Source of the DNA: an uncultured Alphaproteobacteria bacterium
GTDB taxonomy: Bacteria; Pseudomonadota; Alphaproteobacteria; Rhizobiales; Beijerinckiaceae
Direction of reading: 5' to 3'
Assembly: GCA_963704315.1 (NCBI GenBank)
Contig: OY969887.1
Span: 1,907,069-1,971,068, forward strand
Length of the DNA: 64,000 nt
The notes beneath the pieces were generated by a model that was not told the origin of the DNA, ran no database searches, and saw nothing but the letters and a program-made list of their open reading frames with translations. Below are positions 19,277 through 27,585 of the stretch, one piece after another. Numbering within the stretch: the stretch's first letter is position 1; the number at the start of each line of letters is the position of its first letter. The position numbers and the translations under genes were made by a program.

Positions 19277-19375
19277 GCCACCGGATGGCGTCCGAAATAC
19301 GACCTTGTGACCGGCATTCGGCAGCTCTATGAGCTCGAATATCATAACGAAACCGCGTTCCCCGTCTCACCGTAA
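19277..19375 (+). pseudogene. stub of an SDR epimerase C-terminus
   Basis: The frame ATGWRPKYDLVTGIRQLYELEY...* resembles the GW.P...L..GI tail of NAD-dependent epimerases. It has no start codon and no upstream body. Confidence 0.35.
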
Positions 19376-19437
19376 AGGCAAGACGACATTCCGACATCAG
19401 TCTGTGCCGCCATGGGACGCCTTGAAGCGAAGCGCGT

Positions 19438-20661
19438 ATGAGCCACCAAATCTTCGCCGACCTGCGCCATTGGATGTTTGAGGACGCGCTGCCCTTCTGG
19501 AGCACCGAGGGCATCGATCAACGTCACGGCGGCTACGTCGAGCATTTCACTCTAGAGGGCGAGCCCTTTACTGAGAATAAGCGCGTCTTCGTTATCTGCC
19601 GACAGATTTATGTCTTCGCGCATGCCGCGCTCCTCGGCTGGCCTAAGGGCGCCGCGCTGGCCGATCACGGCTATCGCTTTTTGGAAAAGGCATGGCTTGC
19701 GGACGACGGTGGTTGGGCGCGCCGGCTCGATGCTGAAGGGCACCCGGTCGACAAGACGCCCGATCTTTATGTCTTGTCCTTCGTGCTTATCGCGCTCGCC
19801 TGGCATTATCGTCTATCGAAAGATCCGAAGGCACTGGCGCGGGCACATAAGACGTTGGATTTCATCAAAACGCGCATGCGCCACCCGTCAGGCCTCGGCT
19901 TCTTGCATGAATATCCTGCAGCAGGTCCGCGCCAGCAAAATCCCCATATGCATCTCGTGGAAGGACTTCTCGCGCTCGCGGAATTCACTGGAGAGCAGCG
20001 CTTTTTAGAAGCCGCAGGCAAGCTTGCAGGGCTCTTCGTATCGCACTTCTACGATGCCAAGACACGGACTTTGCCGGAATTCTTTGCCGAGGACTGGGGA
20101 CGCCTCGACAGCGCGCAAGGACGTCTGACCGAGCCGGGGCATCAGTTTGAATGGGCTTGGATCCTCGCCAATTACCAGCGCCTCACCGGCAATGATATGC
20201 GCGACATCATCATCGGCTTGCACCGCTCGGCGGAGCGCCACGGTGTCGACCCAAAGACGCGTGCGACCTATAATAGCGTCCGTGACGACGGCAAGGTGCT
20301 GAACAAGGGCTCACGCATCTGGCCCAATACGGAGCGTATGAAGGCCGCCGTCGCCATGTTCGAGTTGACCGGCCGCTCGCCTCTCGCTGATCTCGATCAG
20401 AGCGGACGCCTGCTTCTCGACGCCTATCTCGCCCCCGCTCTGAAAGGCTGCTGGTTTGACAATCTGGATGAAAACGGAATGGCGATCGCCGACAAGATAC
20501 CGACGTCGTCGCTCTATCATTTGTTCCTGCCTTTCGCGGAGGCGCTCCGCATCGCGCCGAGGCTCGTTGACGCGGACATCGAGACACGGCGTGAGGCAGC
20601 TGACCTTCTTAATCAGATGCCGATGGAGGTCTTCGGCTCGATAATCTGGAATAGGGGTTAA
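19438..20661 (+). CDS. AGE-family (N-acylglucosamine 2-epimerase / mannose-6-P isomerase-like) protein
   Basis: GGYVEHF, RQIYVFAHA, HMHLVEGLLAL, PGHQFEWAWIL and RIWPNTERMKA are typical of AGE superfamily repeats. Confidence 0.82.
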   Translation: MSHQIFADLRHWMFEDALPFWSTEGIDQRHGGYVEHFTLEGEPFTENKRVFVICRQIYVFAHAALLGWPKGAALADHGYRFLEKAWLADDGGWARRLDAEGHPVDKTPDLYVLSFVLIALAWHYRLSKDPKALARAHKTLDFIKTRMRHPSGLGFLHEYPAAGPRQQNPHMHLVEGLLALAEFTGEQRFLEAAGKLAGLFVSHFYDAKTRTLPEFFAEDWGRLDSAQGRLTEPGHQFEWAWILANYQRLTGNDMRDIIIGLHRSAERHGVDPKTRATYNSVRDDGKVLNKGSRIWPNTERMKAAVAMFELTGRSPLADLDQSGRLLLDAYLAPALKGCWFDNLDENGMAIADKIPTSSLYHLFLPFAEALRIAPRLVDADIETRREAADLLNQMPMEVFGSIIWNRG

Positions 20662-20677
20662 TCGCGAAGAGATAAGT

Positions 20678-20998
20678 GTGGGGCATCACAACGACGCGTT
20701 CCTTTTCCGCATGCGTACTGGAGTGCCTTATGGCCAGTCTCGCCTGGGCAATGACTTCGCGCACATCCGTCAAATCACTATGCCGGACGATAAGCGGCAG
20801 CTTCGCGACATGCGTCGCTCCGGCGTGGTCGAGGCCTTCACTGGAGGCGCCAAAGCACGCGATGTCAGTCAGAAGTTTGGCAATTCGTTAGACCATTCAT
20901 CCTTCCTATTTAGGACGTACAATCCAGTCGACATCGAGAAGGTCCGGCAGACGGATGATTTGCGGCTGGAGGGACGCCGGCGCAGGAACAAAAACTGA
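20678..20998 (+). CDS. hypothetical ORF, possibly a decayed HTH (IS3 OrfA-like) fragment
   Basis: The only protein-like segment is RRSGVVEAFTGGAKARDVSQKFGNS (HTH-like). It lies next to the 3' side of tRNA-Gly. Confidence 0.2.
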   Translation: MGHHNDAFLFRMRTGVPYGQSRLGNDFAHIRQITMPDDKRQLRDMRRSGVVEAFTGGAKARDVSQKFGNSLDHSSFLFRTYNPVDIEKVRQTDDLRLEGRRRRNKN

Positions 20999-21034
20999 AA
21001 TCGATTCCGAATGAGCAGCTATCCATTCGGAATC
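20990..21034 (-). terminator. hairpin downstream of tRNA-Gly
   Basis: An 11-bp perfect stem (gattccgaatg / cattcggaatc) with a 10-nt loop lies 37 nt after the tRNA 3' end. On the minus strand it is followed by gatttcagttttt. Confidence 0.5.
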
Positions 21035-21070
21035 ATTGAAAAGTTCTAGATGCTAAAGCTTTGAAATTAT

Positions 21071-21144
21071 TGGAGCGGGTGAAGGGAATCGAACCCTCGT
21101 ATTCAGCTTGGAAGGCTGCTGCTCTACCATTGAGCTACACCCGC
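21071..21144 (-). tRNA. tRNA-Gly (anticodon UCC)
   Basis: The reverse complement GCGGGTGTAGCTCAATGGTAGAGCAGCAGCCTTCCAAGCTGAATACGAGGGTTCGATTCCCTTCACCCGCTCCA folds as a cloverleaf. It has a 7-bp acceptor stem, a D arm GCTC/GAGC, an anticodon loop CTTCCAA, a T arm with TTCGATT and an encoded CCA. Confidence 0.95.
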
Positions 21145-21367
21145 AGGAAAAGCACGGCACGACCCCTCGATCATCGCGGTAGCGCATGCCAGCCATATTC
21201 GTCTTGGCGAGGCAAAGGATATACGTAGGATCGCGCAGAGTGTCAAAGCCAAGCGCGGCGACGAACAGGCCTGCGCAAAAATGCGATCCACGTGATCGGG
21301 GCAAATCGGCTCTAGCCTTTCGAAGCCGCGCGTTCGGACGAGGTTGCTTCCCGGAAGCCCCTTTTAC

Positions 21368-22216
21368 CTATGGGTGCTTGGTCTTGACGTCGGCGAGATA
21401 GAGTGCCGCGACCTGCTTGTCAGAATCGCTCGCCGCGACGGTCGCCTTGTCGTAGAGATCGTTGATCCATTTGTTCTTGCTCGACTGCCCGGCGGCTTCA
21501 TGGGCAAGGGTGAGCCACATCAAACCGAGACCGCGCTGGCGCGGCAAGCCGTCGTGACCGGTAAACAGCAATTGGCCGAGCAAGGCCTGCAATTCGGCAT
21601 GGCCCTTTTCAGCGGCCAGATGCAGCCAGCGCGCCGCCTGACGCACATCTTTTTCAATGAGGCCGGAGACACCGTCGAGATACATGCGCGCGAGATTATA
21701 TTGCGCATTGGGATCGCCGAAATTCGTCGCCGCATATTGGAACATTTCGAGCGCGCGCATCGGTTCCGGCGTGACCTTCGTATTGGCGATGCCGGTCAGA
21801 CTATAGACGCCGACGGCAACGAAAGCGCTGGAGACGACGGATGCTTCGCGCGGATTTGGATCGTCTTCATCATAATTGGCGACAATCTGCGAGAAATAAT
21901 CATAGGCTTTGATGTCGTCATGCGGGACACCGTCGCCATCCGCATACATTTTGGCAAGCTTCCACCGGGCCAGGGATTCACCGCCGGCCGCGGCATATTT
22001 CAAGGCCTCGATCGCCGAACGCTGGTCGCCAATCTTGAAATCTTCGAGCCCGGCTCGAAGCGCCGCCTGAGGATTCTTGAAAATCGGCAGCGGCACTTTG
22101 TTGTTCGCCGCGACGTCGGTACTGCCATCGAAGGCCATGGCCTCGGACCCGCCGCCGGCCGCGGCCGCGACAAGGCCGACAAAGGCAAGGAGAAGGGCGC
22201 GCTTAGCCGATGCCAT
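21368..22216 (-). CDS. exoR: periplasmic Sel1-repeat protein, ExoR-like
   Basis: It has a signal peptide (MASAKRALLLAFVGLVAAAAG) and Sel1 repeats. WKLAKMYADGDGVPHDDIKAYDYFSQIV, NAQYNLARMYLDG and AARWLHLAAEKGHAELQALLGQLLF closely resemble rhizobial ExoR. Confidence 0.75.
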   Translation of the reverse strand: MASAKRALLLAFVGLVAAAAGGGSEAMAFDGSTDVAANNKVPLPIFKNPQAALRAGLEDFKIGDQRSAIEALKYAAAGGESLARWKLAKMYADGDGVPHDDIKAYDYFSQIVANYDEDDPNPREASVVSSAFVAVGVYSLTGIANTKVTPEPMRALEMFQYAATNFGDPNAQYNLARMYLDGVSGLIEKDVRQAARWLHLAAEKGHAELQALLGQLLFTGHDGLPRQRGLGLMWLTLAHEAAGQSSKNKWINDLYDKATVAASDSDKQVAALYLADVKTKHP

Positions 22217-22764
22217 GGCAGTGCATCCCACAATCCCCGCCCGCAGCGGCCAGCGACAGCAAACCCTTGCAGACGCAGGACTCCCCTGTCGCGCAGCGCC
22301 GAATGGCGCCACCCGCAAGAGAGCTGCAGAGACGAGAGATGCAGAGAAAATTGTGCTGGGCGATTACAAGCGCGTCCACGATCCAACCCCGCTCAAATAC
22401 CAATGTTGATGACCCAAAGACGGGACATTCTGTGCCACGCGGGGAAGCGGGCGACCAACTCCACTCACTCATAAAGTTTTCCGGTCAAGACTTATCGATG
22501 TCCCGGAAAGCTATCCATCAATCACGTTCAAATTAGCGGGCGGTTTATGGCTGAAAAGCGACTTTCTACTTCCCGGCGGAAGGCTTGCCGCAGATGCCGC
22601 CAGGCTGTGGCGCAATTGCCACAAAGTCGCTAAGGCACGATAAAGCTGCGCACGCTCACCAAGAAAACGAATGGCGCGGCATTCGGTTCCTTATGCTATG
22701 CGTGGGTGGACCCGCCGAGCGCGTTTGGTCGGATGGAGCAATCAGGCAGCTTCAACGAAATGCT

Positions 22765-23238
22765 TCAAGCGCCGCCCGGCGGCGGCTCGCGCCCCAGAAA
22801 TCGCGCGAAAGCGGCAAGCGCCGTGTCCGACACATGATGCTCGATCCCTTCGGCATCGAGCTCGGCGCAATGTTGCGGCACGCCGACGGCGACAAGCAGA
22901 TCAACAACCAGCCGATGGCGGGCGCGGACGCGTGCGGCAAGGTCGAGGCCGCGCGGCGTGAGAAAAACGCCGCGATAGAGCTTCGACGTCGCCAACCCTT
23001 CCCGCTTCAACCGGCCAATGCTCTTGATCGCAGTGGCATGCGAAACGCCGAGCCGGCGGGCGATATCGGTTGGCCGCGCCTCCCCCTGCGAGGTCAGGAG
23101 GTCGTCGATCAATTCGACATAGTCCTCGAGCACGGCAGAAGCCTGCGCCGAGCGCGCCTTGCCAAATCTCTCGGCTTGCACAGCCTCCGCCGGAAGCTCG
23201 CAGGAAAGTTGCGCCGCCCTCTCGTTTTTTGTGGTCAT
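22765..23238 (-). CDS. mntR: DtxR-family manganese-responsive regulator
   Basis: EDYVELIDDL...ARPTDIARRLGVSHATAIKSIGRLKREGL...HRLVVDLL...DAEGIEHHVS. It is divergent from mntH. Confidence 0.85.
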   Translation of the reverse strand: MTTKNERAAQLSCELPAEAVQAERFGKARSAQASAVLEDYVELIDDLLTSQGEARPTDIARRLGVSHATAIKSIGRLKREGLATSKLYRGVFLTPRGLDLAARVRARHRLVVDLLVAVGVPQHCAELDAEGIEHHVSDTALAAFARFLGREPPPGGA

Positions 23239-23327
23239 CGGGCTGTCAGTCCTGAACGGCAAACTGCCGGCTGAATCCGTCATTCGAAAATTGTGACTTC
23301 AAGTCAACGCCAAAGTGCTTGCTATTT

Positions 23328-23343
23328 TGTAGCCTACGCTACA
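23328..23343. promoter_or_regulatory. candidate MntR operator (TGTAGC-N4-GCTACA)
   Basis: An inverted repeat in AT-rich context inside the mntR-mntH divergent intergenic region. Confidence 0.4.
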
Positions 23344-23436
23344 TTTTAGGGTGATTGGAACTAAAAGTGGGTTTGGCAGCGAAGCGGCCGGGAGCGGGAA
23401 ACCTTGTCGGGTCGCGATCGCCTCAGGGGAAGCTGG

Positions 23437-24753
23437 ATGACCGATGTCGCCGCAAATGCCGGCCGGATCAGCGGAAGCAGCCATCGGACGCAGATTGCCA
23501 TTCGCGACGTGCTGGAAGGCCGGCGCCGCGGTCTGAGCGCCTTTCTACCGATGGCAGGGCCCGCGGTGATCGCTTCGATCGCCTATATGGATCCGGGCAA
23601 TTACGCGACGAACATCCAGGCCGGTGCAAAATATGGCTATGGGCTGCTTTGGGTCGTTCTGCTGGCGAATCTGATCGCCATGTTGTTTCAGGCCCTTTCG
23701 GCGAAGCTTGGCATCGTCACGGGCCGCAACCTCGCCGAACTCTGTCGTGCGCATTTTCCCCGGCCACTCGTCATCGCCATGTGGATCGTCAGCGAGATCG
23801 CGGCGATGGCGACGGATCTTGCCGAATTCCTCGGCGGCGCGATCGGCCTGTCGCTTTTATTCCACCTTCCCCTCTTTTGGGGCATGGTCGTCACCGGCAT
23901 CGTCACCTATGGAATCCTGATGTTCGAGCGGCGCGGCTTTCGGCCGATCGAACTGATCATCGGTGCTCTGGTCTGCGTCATCGGCCTTAGCTATTTGGTA
24001 GAAATATTCATTGTCCCGGTCGATTGGACGGCCGCGGCTTTCCATACGGCGGTTCCGCAACTCCAAGATGCGGCTGCGGTTACGATCGCCGTGGGCATTA
24101 TCGGCGCCACGGTCATGCCGCATGCGATCTATCTTCATTCCGGTCTCACCCAGGGCCGCATGCCTGTCGAGAGCGATGCCGATCGGCGCAAGCTCCTCAG
24201 CTTTTCCAACCGCGAAGTCATCATCGCGCTGGCGCTCGCCGGCGCCGTCAATATGGCGATGGTGATGATGGCATCCGGCGCCTTTCACCAGGGCCACAGG
24301 GACGTTGCCGAGATCGAGACCGCCTACCACACGCTGGGGCCGCTCTTGGGCGCCGGCGCCGCGAGCATATTTCTCATCTCCCTGCTTGCGTCAGGCGTAT
24401 CGAGCTCGGCGGTCGGAACCATGGCCGGCCAGATGATCATGCAGGGCTTTGTCGGGTTCAGAATTCCGATCTTCGTCCGGCGTCTCGTCACCATGGTGCC
24501 GGCCTTCGTCGTCGTCGGTCTCGGCGTCAATGCGACCAATGCCCTCGTCGTGAGCCAGGTCGTTCTCAGCATCGCCCTGCCGGTGCCAATGATCGCGCTT
24601 CTGATGTTCACACGGCGGCCTGACATTATGGGCGCTTTCGCCAATGGGCGTCTGACGCGGATTGCGGCATGGGTGGGAACCGCTCTGGTGTTGAGCCTTA
24701 ACACGATCCTCTTGCTGCAGACTTTTGGGGTTCCCCTGCCGTTTTTGGGATAG
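23437..24753 (+). CDS. mntH: Nramp-family divalent metal (Mn2+/Fe2+) transporter
   Basis: DPGNYATNIQAGAKYGYGLLWVVLLANLIAMLFQALSAKLGIVTG and MPHAIYLHS are canonical MntH motifs. The ATG at 23437 is preceded by AGGGGA. Confidence 0.92.
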   Translation: MTDVAANAGRISGSSHRTQIAIRDVLEGRRRGLSAFLPMAGPAVIASIAYMDPGNYATNIQAGAKYGYGLLWVVLLANLIAMLFQALSAKLGIVTGRNLAELCRAHFPRPLVIAMWIVSEIAAMATDLAEFLGGAIGLSLLFHLPLFWGMVVTGIVTYGILMFERRGFRPIELIIGALVCVIGLSYLVEIFIVPVDWTAAAFHTAVPQLQDAAAVTIAVGIIGATVMPHAIYLHSGLTQGRMPVESDADRRKLLSFSNREVIIALALAGAVNMAMVMMASGAFHQGHRDVAEIETAYHTLGPLLGAGAASIFLISLLASGVSSSAVGTMAGQMIMQGFVGFRIPIFVRRLVTMVPAFVVVGLGVNATNALVVSQVVLSIALPVPMIALLMFTRRPDIMGAFANGRLTRIAAWVGTALVLSLNTILLLQTFGVPLPFLG

Positions 24754-24754
24754 C

Positions 24755-24797
24755 GCATGATCCCGAAAAGTTGCAGACTTTTCGGACAAGATCATGC
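24755..24797. repeat. 43-nt palindromic intergenic repeat, copy 1
   Basis: gcatgatcccgaaaagttgcagacttttcggacaagatcatgc. Its reverse complement matches 34436-34478 at 40 of 43 positions. It starts 2 nt after the mntH stop. Confidence 0.9.
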
Positions 24798-24849
24798 GTT
24801 AAAGCAAAGATGTAGAGCTTGATTGCGATAGACCTCGACATAATCTAGC

Positions 24850-25050
24850 TCATTGCCGCGCGGGAAAGGCGATCACCAAGCGGCAACCGTCGACGAGTTC
24901 GAGCCGGCGGTCATCGACGAGACCGCGCGCCTTTTCGATCGCCTCTTCGTCATTGGCGCAATCTTCGAGGGCCTTGGATTTCCGGATCTTGGCCGACGCA
25001 TCCAAATAGAAGATGCGATAGGAAGGTCGCTCTTGCGGCTTTGTCGCCAT
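24850..25050 (-). CDS. small hypothetical protein (66 aa)
   Basis: MATKPQERPSYRIFYLDASAKIRKSKALEDCANDEEAIEKARGLVDD has protein-like composition. No family assigned. Confidence 0.35.
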   Translation of the reverse strand: MATKPQERPSYRIFYLDASAKIRKSKALEDCANDEEAIEKARGLVDDRRLELVDGCRLVIAFPARQ

Positions 25051-25103
25051 GATCGGCTCGCGGAACAATGGTCGTCCGGCGTCAGCAAGAGCAATGCCGG
25101 GAC

Positions 25104-25298
25104 CTAAACAGCCTTCTCGCCGCGCAAAATGGCATCGAGCCAAGCATTCAAATCATGGGGCTCGACGACGAGCCAGAATTCCATGCGTCCGTCGGCATGT
25201 TCCACGGCCGGACGTCGCTGCGATGCAGCTTCCCGTGCCGCAGCCAATATTTGCTGCCATTGGCAAATTCCAAGGCCAGATCGCCGCGACGGCCCTGC
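25104..25298 (-). pseudogene. frameshifted remnant of a MORN/YwqK-like repeat protein
   Basis: Two frames read LALEFANGSKYWLRHGKLHRSD and then PAVEHADGRMEFWLVVEPHDLNAWLDAILRGEKAV*. There is no start codon, and it begins right after the panE stop. Confidence 0.3.
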
Positions 25299-26327
25299 TC
25301 AAGAGGCGCAGGCCGCCTGCACGGGCTCGGCCATCTCGACTTCAGGGAAGGTCGGATAAAGACCCCTAACCCGGCCCAATTGCTGAACGAGGCCGAGCAC
25401 GGCGTCGATATAGGGCGTGGCGGTGCCGGTGATCTGCCCCATCTCCTGGACAGCCGTCACCAAAGCATCGATTTCGAGTGGCCGGCCCTTCAACAGATCC
25501 TGTAGCATCGAGGTCTTATGCGCGCCGACTTTCGCGGCGCCATCGATCCGCCGGTCGACATCGACGCGGAAATTGGCGCCGAGCTTGTCGCCGATCGCCT
25601 TCGCCTCCAGCATCATATTGCGGGAGAGAGCGCGCGTTGCCGGATCGGTCGCGACAATATCGAGCGTCGCCTGAGTTAGGGCCGAGATCGGATTGAAGCA
25701 AAGATTGCCCCAGAGCTTGACCCAGATGTCGTCGCGGATGTCGTCATAGATCCGCGCCTTCAGTTCGGCTGCCGCCAAGGCGTCGGCGAGGCGTTGCACG
25801 CGCTCGCTCGGCTTCCGGTTCGGCTCGCCGAGACCGAATTGGTTGCCGTAAATATGCTGGATGACGCCCGGCTCGAGGGTTTCGGTCGCAGGATAGACGG
25901 TGCAGCCGATCACCCGTTCCGGCCCGATCGCATTCCATTGCCGATTGTACGGATCGACGCTGGCAAGGCGGCAATTGGTATAGGGCGCGTCGAGGCCGTA
26001 AAAATACCACCAGGGCACCCCATTTTGCGCCGTCACCACAGCGGTGTTGGGGGCGAGCAGCGGCCGCAGATCCTCGGCCGTCTCCCACGCTTGATGCGCC
26101 TTCAATCCGATGATGACATAATCCTGCTCGCCGAAGTCGGCCGGATTTTTGCTCGCCGGCATGGCCTCGACATAGATCTTGTCGGCGATCCGCAATTCGC
26201 AGCCCTTGGCCTTGATCGCCTCGAGTTGCGCGCCGCGGGCGATGAGCGAGACATCGAAGCCCGCACGCTTGAGCAAAACCCCCATATAGCCGCCGATCGC
26301 GCCGGCCCCGTAAATGCAAATCTTCAT
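25299..26327 (-). CDS. panE: 2-dehydropantoate 2-reductase
   Basis: MKICIYGAGAIGGYMGVLL Rossmann motif, with ApbA/PanE-like body and C-terminal domain (KTSMLQDLLKGRPLEID). Confidence 0.85.
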   Translation of the reverse strand: MKICIYGAGAIGGYMGVLLKRAGFDVSLIARGAQLEAIKAKGCELRIADKIYVEAMPASKNPADFGEQDYVIIGLKAHQAWETAEDLRPLLAPNTAVVTAQNGVPWWYFYGLDAPYTNCRLASVDPYNRQWNAIGPERVIGCTVYPATETLEPGVIQHIYGNQFGLGEPNRKPSERVQRLADALAAAELKARIYDDIRDDIWVKLWGNLCFNPISALTQATLDIVATDPATRALSRNMMLEAKAIGDKLGANFRVDVDRRIDGAAKVGAHKTSMLQDLLKGRPLEIDALVTAVQEMGQITGTATPYIDAVLGLVQQLGRVRGLYPTFPEVEMAEPVQAACAS

Positions 26328-27053
26328 ATCGCGGTTCGAACTTTCTCTCGAGATGAAGGCAGAAAGCGCCGTCGCATTCCGCGGATTGGTGGAAGCCTTC
26401 CCAGGCTCTGAAGGGGCCTCCGCCGCGTCACCCTCCGACCCAGGCCTTCCGCAAGGTTGAGATCACAGGGCGGCGTGATCTGAGCCTCGCCCGACCGGCG
26501 GATCGCACCGCGCCCGCAGCGCTGGCCGGCTCTCCAAAAGGGCTGGTATAAATCTAAGCCCCCACGGCCGGAATGTCGCCACCGGCAGACCCAGCTGATG
26601 CCATGGGCCTCTGTCATCAGATATAAGGTCGACAGATCTCTTATATGCATCACGGCAAATAGCAAAGCGGCTTGTCGCCGGAACGATGCTCTCTAAGCGC
26701 CTGGGGCTAGATAATTTTTTTAAACTTTGATTCAATAAAATTAAGTCGAAAGCCACAACGGGGCGGCCTTTCCATAATCGGCAGCGCAAGGCACCTTCGA
26801 AGCGCCACCGAGGATCGTCGCTTTGCTTATGAAAGCACGAAGGTGCACGCGGTTCCGGCGGAGGGGCCGGCAGAATCGTCCGGCCGCCGGCCGAGCGCTT
26901 CGACGCAGCTGGTCTGGCCTGAACATCAGAGGAGAGAAAGCGGCATCTTTGCCAAGCAATGCGCGCGAGCCAAAAGACCATTGCTGCGGGAAGGAAACGG
27001 TGTGTTTCGAAGAACGGTCATCTCCGAAACCAGAGCTCCACGGCCGTGATGTT

Positions 27054-27194
27054 CTAGCCAGGAGGCGGATCCGCGTGGCAGCTTTTCGGCACGCTCGGCA
27101 AGTTGAATTTTTCAAAATTGCCGCAATTGTCGCAGCCGCCGAGCACTAGCATGACGACGGTCAGCCCCGCAAGGCAAAGAAGCTTACGTCTCAC
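27054..27194 (-). CDS. small putative lipoprotein (46 aa)
   Basis: A GTG start is preceded by GGGGGAGG. The sequence VRRKLLCLAGLTVVMLVLGGCDNCGN has a signal peptide and a lipobox L-G-G-C. It is too short for the ORF track. Confidence 0.4.
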   Translation of the reverse strand: MRRKLLCLAGLTVVMLVLGGCDNCGNFEKFNLPSVPKSCHADPPPG

Positions 27195-27585
27195 AGGCGA
27201 CCTCCCCCACTCAAAGAAAGCTTAGCATAGGCCGCGCGAGCGCGCACCCCCTCGCTTCCGCCGCGCACTACTCTTGTAGCTCATATTCAAATGGAGCCAT
27301 AAAGCACAAGTCTTTGAATAAATATAGGTTTACTCTTCAAGACAGAGCGTCTAGGCGCAAATCATCATGCAAATTATTGCGATCAGGTCGCCGCAGCGAC
27401 CACATGAATGGCGGTAAAACTCGTTCCGCTTGAACAAGTTTTAACCCCGCACCGCTAGGATCGGTGCTGAAATTTTCGCGTTGACCTGGCCAGATCGGCC
27501 GTCACGCTGCCAAGCTGGCGTTTTGGCTGGCGAGCCAGCGACCGAACCGTTGCAATATCGACCTTATCCCAGCGGTTTCGGCGGC

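Noticed and set aside
26463-27149. Three mutually overlapping ORFs of 108-172 aa in the panE-upstream gap.
   Set aside because: Their composition is dominated by Arg/Pro/Ser/Cys, they have no motifs and they overlap in different frames. The region is treated as non-coding and reported as a coding desert instead.
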